Below are positions 63,186-64,000 of a stretch of 64,000 nt of DNA, piece after piece (positions within the stretch are counted from its first letter, which is position 1; each line of letters opens with the position of its first letter). This DNA is from a bacterium. Its GTDB lineage: Bacteria; Patescibacteriota; Minisyncoccia; Phycocordibacterales; UBA5272. The DNA lies in assembly GCA_023267635.1 (NCBI GenBank), contig JAHFMX010000005.1, positions 1,989 through 65,988 on the forward strand, read 5' to 3'. The position numbers and the translations under genes were made by a program. The notes beneath the pieces were generated by a model, which ran no database searches, was not told the origin of the DNA, and was given only the letters and a program-made list of their open reading frames with translations.

Positions 63186-63998
63186 TCACTTCCCTTTGAT
63201 TCGAGTGTTCATAAAAACAACCACCGAAACAAGGAAAAGGATGAAAGAAGCCGTCAATACTGCTTCTGCGACTGGAATTGCTGCGCCTTGAATGTTGATG
63301 AGTGTTCCTGAAAGAGAAGAAATCCCTACAAAGAGAAGACCTATCAAAAGAAGCAGCATCGACCAGCCAAACAAAGCACTATCCCAGCCCCACGTTCCCG
63401 AAAGGAGCTTAGACAGAAGGCCTGCGATTCCACCGATTGCCCACACGGCTAGCCGTACACCGAGTGCGGCGAGTTTTTGTACCGCCCACACAAAGCCAGC
63501 AACCAATTTCCTGATACAAAACCAAATCAGACTTCCTACAGCACCCCATCCGTTACACAGGGTGATCGTTGCCATAAGTGCCGATATAGCAAAAGCACCA
63601 AGGATTACGACGTCATATTCGAATGCCACGACGTGGAACATTCCATAGAGGGACAGTCCAAGCCAGTAGGCTTTCCAGTGATCAACAACATGCTGGGCGC
63701 CCAAGAAGTGAGCGATAGAGAACCCAGCAGTCAGAAGAATCGCTAGAAAAGCCGCTTCTGCCCACTGTTTGCTTTCGTATCCGATTGCAAGTCCAGTGAA
63801 GAGAAGGCAGAAACAAAAGCCAATAATCGCAAGCGTACCTGCAACATTTCCTTTTGCTTTCTGCCACAGTTTCTGCGCAGGCGGGCCAGCGCGTTGTGCG
63901 CCGACTTGTGCTGCACCGAGAACTCGCCCCCAACCTTGAAAAAGGAAGAGGGCAGTTATTCCCGTAAGCACCAGTGCCACAATGGCAATTGCCGGCAC
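63186..63998 (-). CDS. Polytopic membrane protein of unknown function (GC-rich islet)
   Basis: 270 aa, about 8 predicted TM helices, Trp/Gly/Ala-rich, GC about 55%. Confidence 0.5.
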   Translation of the reverse strand: MPAIAIVALVLTGITALFLFQGWGRVLGAAQVGAQRAGPPAQKLWQKAKGNVAGTLAIIGFCFCLLFTGLAIGYESKQWAEAAFLAILLTAGFSIAHFLGAQHVVDHWKAYWLGLSLYGMFHVVAFEYDVVILGAFAISALMATITLCNGWGAVGSLIWFCIRKLVAGFVWAVQKLAALGVRLAVWAIGGIAGLLSKLLSGTWGWDSALFGWSMLLLLIGLLFVGISSLSGTLINIQGAAIPVAEAVLTASFILFLVSVVVFMNTRIKGK

Positions 63999-64000
63999 CT

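Overview
The window reads as a gene-dense, low-GC (about 40%) bacterial chromosome segment with short intergenic gaps, standard stop codons and minimal, often truncated, housekeeping proteins. That profile fits a small-genome Patescibacteria/CPR-like bacterium, but the assignment is a guess from composition and content only. The window contains the chromosomal origin region: rpmH-rnpA-yidC on one side and dnaA, a DnaA-box cluster with an AT-rich element, and dnaN on the other. Repair and replication genes include mutM, polA, a holA-like gene, ruvBC, uvrD, xth, xerD and comM. There is an anaerobic nucleotide-reduction block (nrdD-nrdG) next to iscS-iscU and an FNR-like oxidoreductase, with a divergent ArsR-type regulator. 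Also present are translation and RNA genes (tRNA-Lys, rpsO, tyrS, tsaE, ksgA, rsmE, nusA, tig, hfq), glycolysis (pgk, tpiA), ppa, PBP1A, an M23/LysM peptidase and a PilB-type ATPase. The most striking region is a 13-kb type IV secretion-like operon at about 27.3-40.4 kb on the minus strand. It carries VirB8?/VirB5(TrbJ)-like/VirB6-like/VirB3-like/split VirB4 genes and two peptidoglycan hydrolases, one SLT lytic transglycosylase and one M15 peptidase. The two hydrolases share a 100% identical 400-bp 5' module that encodes a VirB2-pilin-like double-TM segment with a Gly-rich tail. Second, several short GC-rich islets (about 50-58% GC) are each bounded by hairpin terminators. They carry secreted or membrane orphan proteins, a near-enterobacterial Hfq, a stand-alone primase-type CHC2 zinc-finger ORF and a 2H phosphoesterase, which suggests repeated small horizontal insertions. 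Other notable items are a candidate structured ncRNA between pilB and ruvB, a degenerate tRNA-fragment duplication upstream of tRNA-Lys, a trigger factor whose PPIase domain is replaced by a His/Asp-rich tract, and a repeat-rich cell-surface protein. The supplied ORF track labels TTG/GTG starts as M, so many N-termini were re-evaluated.
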